Part shown: piece by piece, positions 60,790 through 64,000 of the stretch
How the letters are laid out: each line of letters opens with the position of its first letter
Numbering within the stretch: position 1 is the stretch's first letter
Assembly (NCBI GenBank): GCA_964016885.1
Contig: OZ024741.1
Span: 87,172,001 to 87,236,000 of the forward strand
From: Eledone cirrhosa
Taxonomy: Eukaryota
Reading direction: 5' to 3'
Length of the DNA: 64,000 nucleotides
The notes under the pieces: model-generated
Databases searched by the model: none
What the model saw: only the letters and a program-made list of their open reading frames with translations
Told to the model about the DNA's origin: nothing
Program-made: the position numbers and the translations under genes

Positions 60790-61590
60790 AAGTCGCGCAC
60801 ATCAGCACTATCATGTTAGCCCATCGCAACATCAAAAGAGTTTTCAGGGCTTGACTTTTTAACCCAAATACTTTCATTAGCAAAGAGTAGTGTTTTCCGA
60901 GCATGAAAGATAACGTATTCTTCTAATTTAGAAATATTAATGAAGGTCTTGCAAAATATAAGGCTTTAGTTAATAAGGATTCATTGATAGAGGGGTAACA
61001 ATCAACAATATCAAATTGGGTAAATCTACACTTATTTTTTCTTTGTATATTATTAAACCAAGAAATAACAGAGGATGTATTTAACCATTGTGATAAGTCA
61101 GTCTTAGTTCTTATTTGGAGTATTATTTTTCTTAAGATATTTTTACTTGCAAGGCCAACTTCAGATTTAACAGGGTTAATTAGTCTACAGCTAGGTCAAT
61201 TAGTAAAGTCTGATTTATGGTCTTTAAGGGTAATATATCCATTACGTTTAGCTAGGCTTTCAATCCGGTTATCTATTTTTAAAATACTAGCTAGGTCTTT
61301 AGCTTCATTATTAATGGTATTGTAGGTATTAATGTTAGCTATTTGATATTTGGTGGTAATGTTATCTGTTAAGATTGGTTATACAAAATATTATTTACTT
61401 CAAAAAGATTTTTAGTTTTATCAGAAAAAACAAAAATGTTTGTAGAATGTTTAAAGTTAGAAATATCGCTAGAGAGTTTAGATTGTAAGTTATTGTTGTA
61501 CTTACGAAATTTGAATTCACTAATTAAGTTAACTAGGTTTAATTCGAAGTTGGCCATGTCTTTAATTCTAGGTGGGTATTTGCGGGATTT
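60790..61590 (-). mobile_element. Penelope-like element reverse transcriptase fragment (degenerate)
   Basis: KSRKYPPRIKDMANFE, SDKTKNLF, YITLKDHKSDF, CRLINPVKSEVG, QWLNT..VISWF, FTQFDIVDCYPSI, HARKTLLF..WVKK, FDVAMG; stops and frameshifts present. Confidence 0.85.
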
Positions 61591-61965
61591 AATTGTGTAT
61601 GAGGCCAAATTGACACCGATGATTAATAACCAGCCAGCCAGGAGTGAACGATATGTTAGCATGACTCAGGACAGATTCAAAACCAGGTATTATGCACATG
61701 TCGCTTCTTTTAAACAACCTGAAAAACGAACAGTAACGGCGCTTGCAAATAAAGTGTGGGAATTCAAAGACAAAAACATTCCCTACACTATTGATTGGTC
61801 TATTTTAGACCACTCAAGAGGGCACAAAGAAATGTTCTTTGTGCACAACGGAAAAATTTAGAATTCTCCAAAACTTGAAAGCCCCTTGCACTTGCCTCAA
61901 CTCCAAGACCGAGATCTTCAGATGTTGTCCACAACTGAAATCGCATCTACTTTCTAACTGGATTG
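61591..61965 (+). mobile_element. Penelope-like GIY-YIG endonuclease fragment
   Basis: IVYEAK...YVSMTQDRFKTRYYAHVASF...TALANKVWEFK...IDWSIL, then after a frameshift KCSLCTTEK...LNSKTEIF. Confidence 0.85.
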
Positions 61966-62444
61966 ACATTCTTACGATGACTCAACCACCTTGACTTCTT
62001 CTTTACTCATTACGCCTTCCACTCATCACGAATATTATTACCCTATGAACTCATACTTCTTACCCATATATACTTTTTCTCCCTCATCTCCTTCTATATC
62101 ACTTTATATTTATTAATTTTTTTCCTATTATTTAAATTTTTTTCAGTTGACTTATAATACCCCCTACTTTCTACCTTACCCTTTACACATACACCCCCCA
62201 CCTTTATCCTTTACTCAGTTCACTCTTTAACCAGATACTCTTATCTAGATCTCATCGCAAACCTTTTACAACGCTTTTTTCCCTTACATATTCTTAATAA
62301 TTGTGTTTATTATTTCAATTTTACTCCCCTTTTGTCCTTACTTATCCACTAGGTTTTTATGTTCTCACATAGGGCTGTGTGCGGGCGCATTTGCAGACAG
62401 GCTCATGTGTACATACATTTATAGTATTTTGATTATTTATTTCT

Positions 62445-62479
62445 ACGTGTGAGTGTATGTGTGTATGTGTGCGTGTATG

Positions 62480-62542
<63 letters not shown>

Positions 62543-63159
62543 GAAAACAGGGAAAAAGAGACGATTATTAGGAAGAAAAATATTTTTTTTCCCTTTTTAT
62601 TTAATTCTCTCTTTTTATGTATGTATGTGTACGTATCTATGCGTGTGTCTATGTATATATATATATGTATATATATATATATGTGTGTATATATGTATAT
62701 ATATATATGCGTGTGTGTGTATTTGTATGTATGTGTATATATATATGTGTGTGTGTATGTGTTTGTATGTATATATATTTATGTGTGTGAGTTTATTTAT
62801 GTTTAATTTATACTTATATATGGTTCTATGTATGTGTTTATGTATATAGTTGTGTGTATGCGGTTGTATATATGCTTTTATTTTTGTCTGTATAGTTTTA
62901 CGTATGGTTTTGTACAGTGTGTCGATTTCTTATTACGTGCGAGTGCGCGCACGCATGTGTATACGCTTGTACGTAGGTTTTGTACCAATGCTCTTTTTTG
63001 TAGGGTTTTTGTGTGTGTTAGTATATTTGGTTGTATGCATGTTTTTATATACGTGTGTATGCGTGTGATCGTGTATGTCTATATGTATTTTTGCATGCAT
63101 GTGTATGTGTATGTGGATGTGTACGCATGTTTATTTTATATTTTATATTTTTATATTTT

Positions 63160-63196
<37 letters not shown>

Positions 63197-63306
63197 CGTT
63201 TCTGAATTTGTTTAGCAAGATTCTTTATCTGAAATGGTGTGTTGAAACCGATATTGTTATACTTTGGGAGGGTCATCTTATTGGCAACATGACCCTCCCA
63301 AAGTAT

Positions 63307-63374
<68 letters not shown>

Positions 63375-63530
63375 GTGTATATATATATATGTATATACAC
63401 ATACATTTGTGTATGTGTTTTTATACGCGTGTATGAGCATTTGTACATGTTTTTGTGTGTATGTATGCATGTGTGTATGCATATATGTATATATATGTAT
63501 ATATATATATATATATTTTATATATATTCT
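62445..63530. repeat. Low-complexity (TA)n/(TG)n/(TATG)n region
   Basis: Directly visible; it accounts for the YIYI/CVCV ORFs. Confidence 0.9.
63251..63314. repeat. Perfect 26-bp inverted repeat with a 12-nt loop
   Basis: atattgttatactttgggagggtcat / atgaccctcccaaagtataacaatat. Confidence 0.9.
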
Positions 63531-64000
63531 CTGAATTTCCAATCGTTTGATTAGTGAAACCGTCGGTAACGGCAATAGAACAGGCGAATATTTAAATAGT
63601 TTTTTAATTTATTTAAAAGATTGTTTGATGATTACTTGTTCCGCTCATTTTTATATATATATTTATGTATATGCACACCTCGTGTATTTGTTTATTTTTA
63701 ATTGTTTTTATTTTCCCCCCTCCTCTCACTTTTTGTTGTCAACAAGTATTCTTTGTCTTTATTTTATTTTTGACTTTGTATTTTTTATTCTTATTCATTT
63801 ATTTATTTATTCTTATTACTTCATGTATAAATATGTGTATGTATTTTGTTCATGTCTGTAGTTACATATACGCTTATGTGATAAAGTATACGTCTACGTA
63901 CTTTTAAGTATATGCGCGTGGTTGAGTGTGTGTATGTTTATATATTTATTGTTTTTATATATATATATATTTGTATTCTTTTTCTCTTCTTCTTCGCCCG

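Noticed and set aside
61196-61198. In-frame TGA in the Penelope RT as selenocysteine
   Set aside because: It is not at a conserved Cys position (FTN*PSCRL), is easily a CGA-to-TGA change, and the fragment has other stops and frameshifts.
59760-63907. YIYI/CVCV-type ORFs, and similarly the poly-L/I and ERER ORFs elsewhere
   Set aside because: Microsatellite translations.

Overview
Eukaryotic, repeat-dominated animal DNA; the (TA)n/(ATT)n load and TE mix suggest an invertebrate, plausibly a cephalopod (inference). Bases 1-~38040 are one G/T-rich satellite of 11-bp monomers (GGTGGTGTA[C/T/G]T, GTTGATGTACT) with nested higher-order repeats (0.79, ~0.81, 2.1-3.1 and 19.86 kb); its ORFs are repeat artefacts. 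Next is the terminal TM3-TM7 exon of a minus-strand trissin-receptor-like class A GPCR (38959-40077). I found no TM1-TM2 exon, so the rest of the window is probably its intron. An (ATT)n tract there holds three non-LTR insertions: a 5'-truncated and a full-length Tx1/L1-clade element (+) and an almost intact R4/Dong-type element (-). Further on are an RTE relic, an orphan Tx1-like ORF1, a hAT derivative and rearranged Penelope-like DNA with hammerhead motifs. Best leads: (i) a putative 52-nt GT-AG intron that would fuse Tx1 ORF1 in frame to ORF2, with the same AG|GTAAG donor over the stop codon of a second, diverged ORF1; (ii) Tx1-like 5' modules in front of R4 and RTE pol genes; (iii) two LINE clades sharing one microsatellite target; (iv) inverted hammerhead pairs and a degenerate HDV-like fold. 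All calls are by eye, with no database search.
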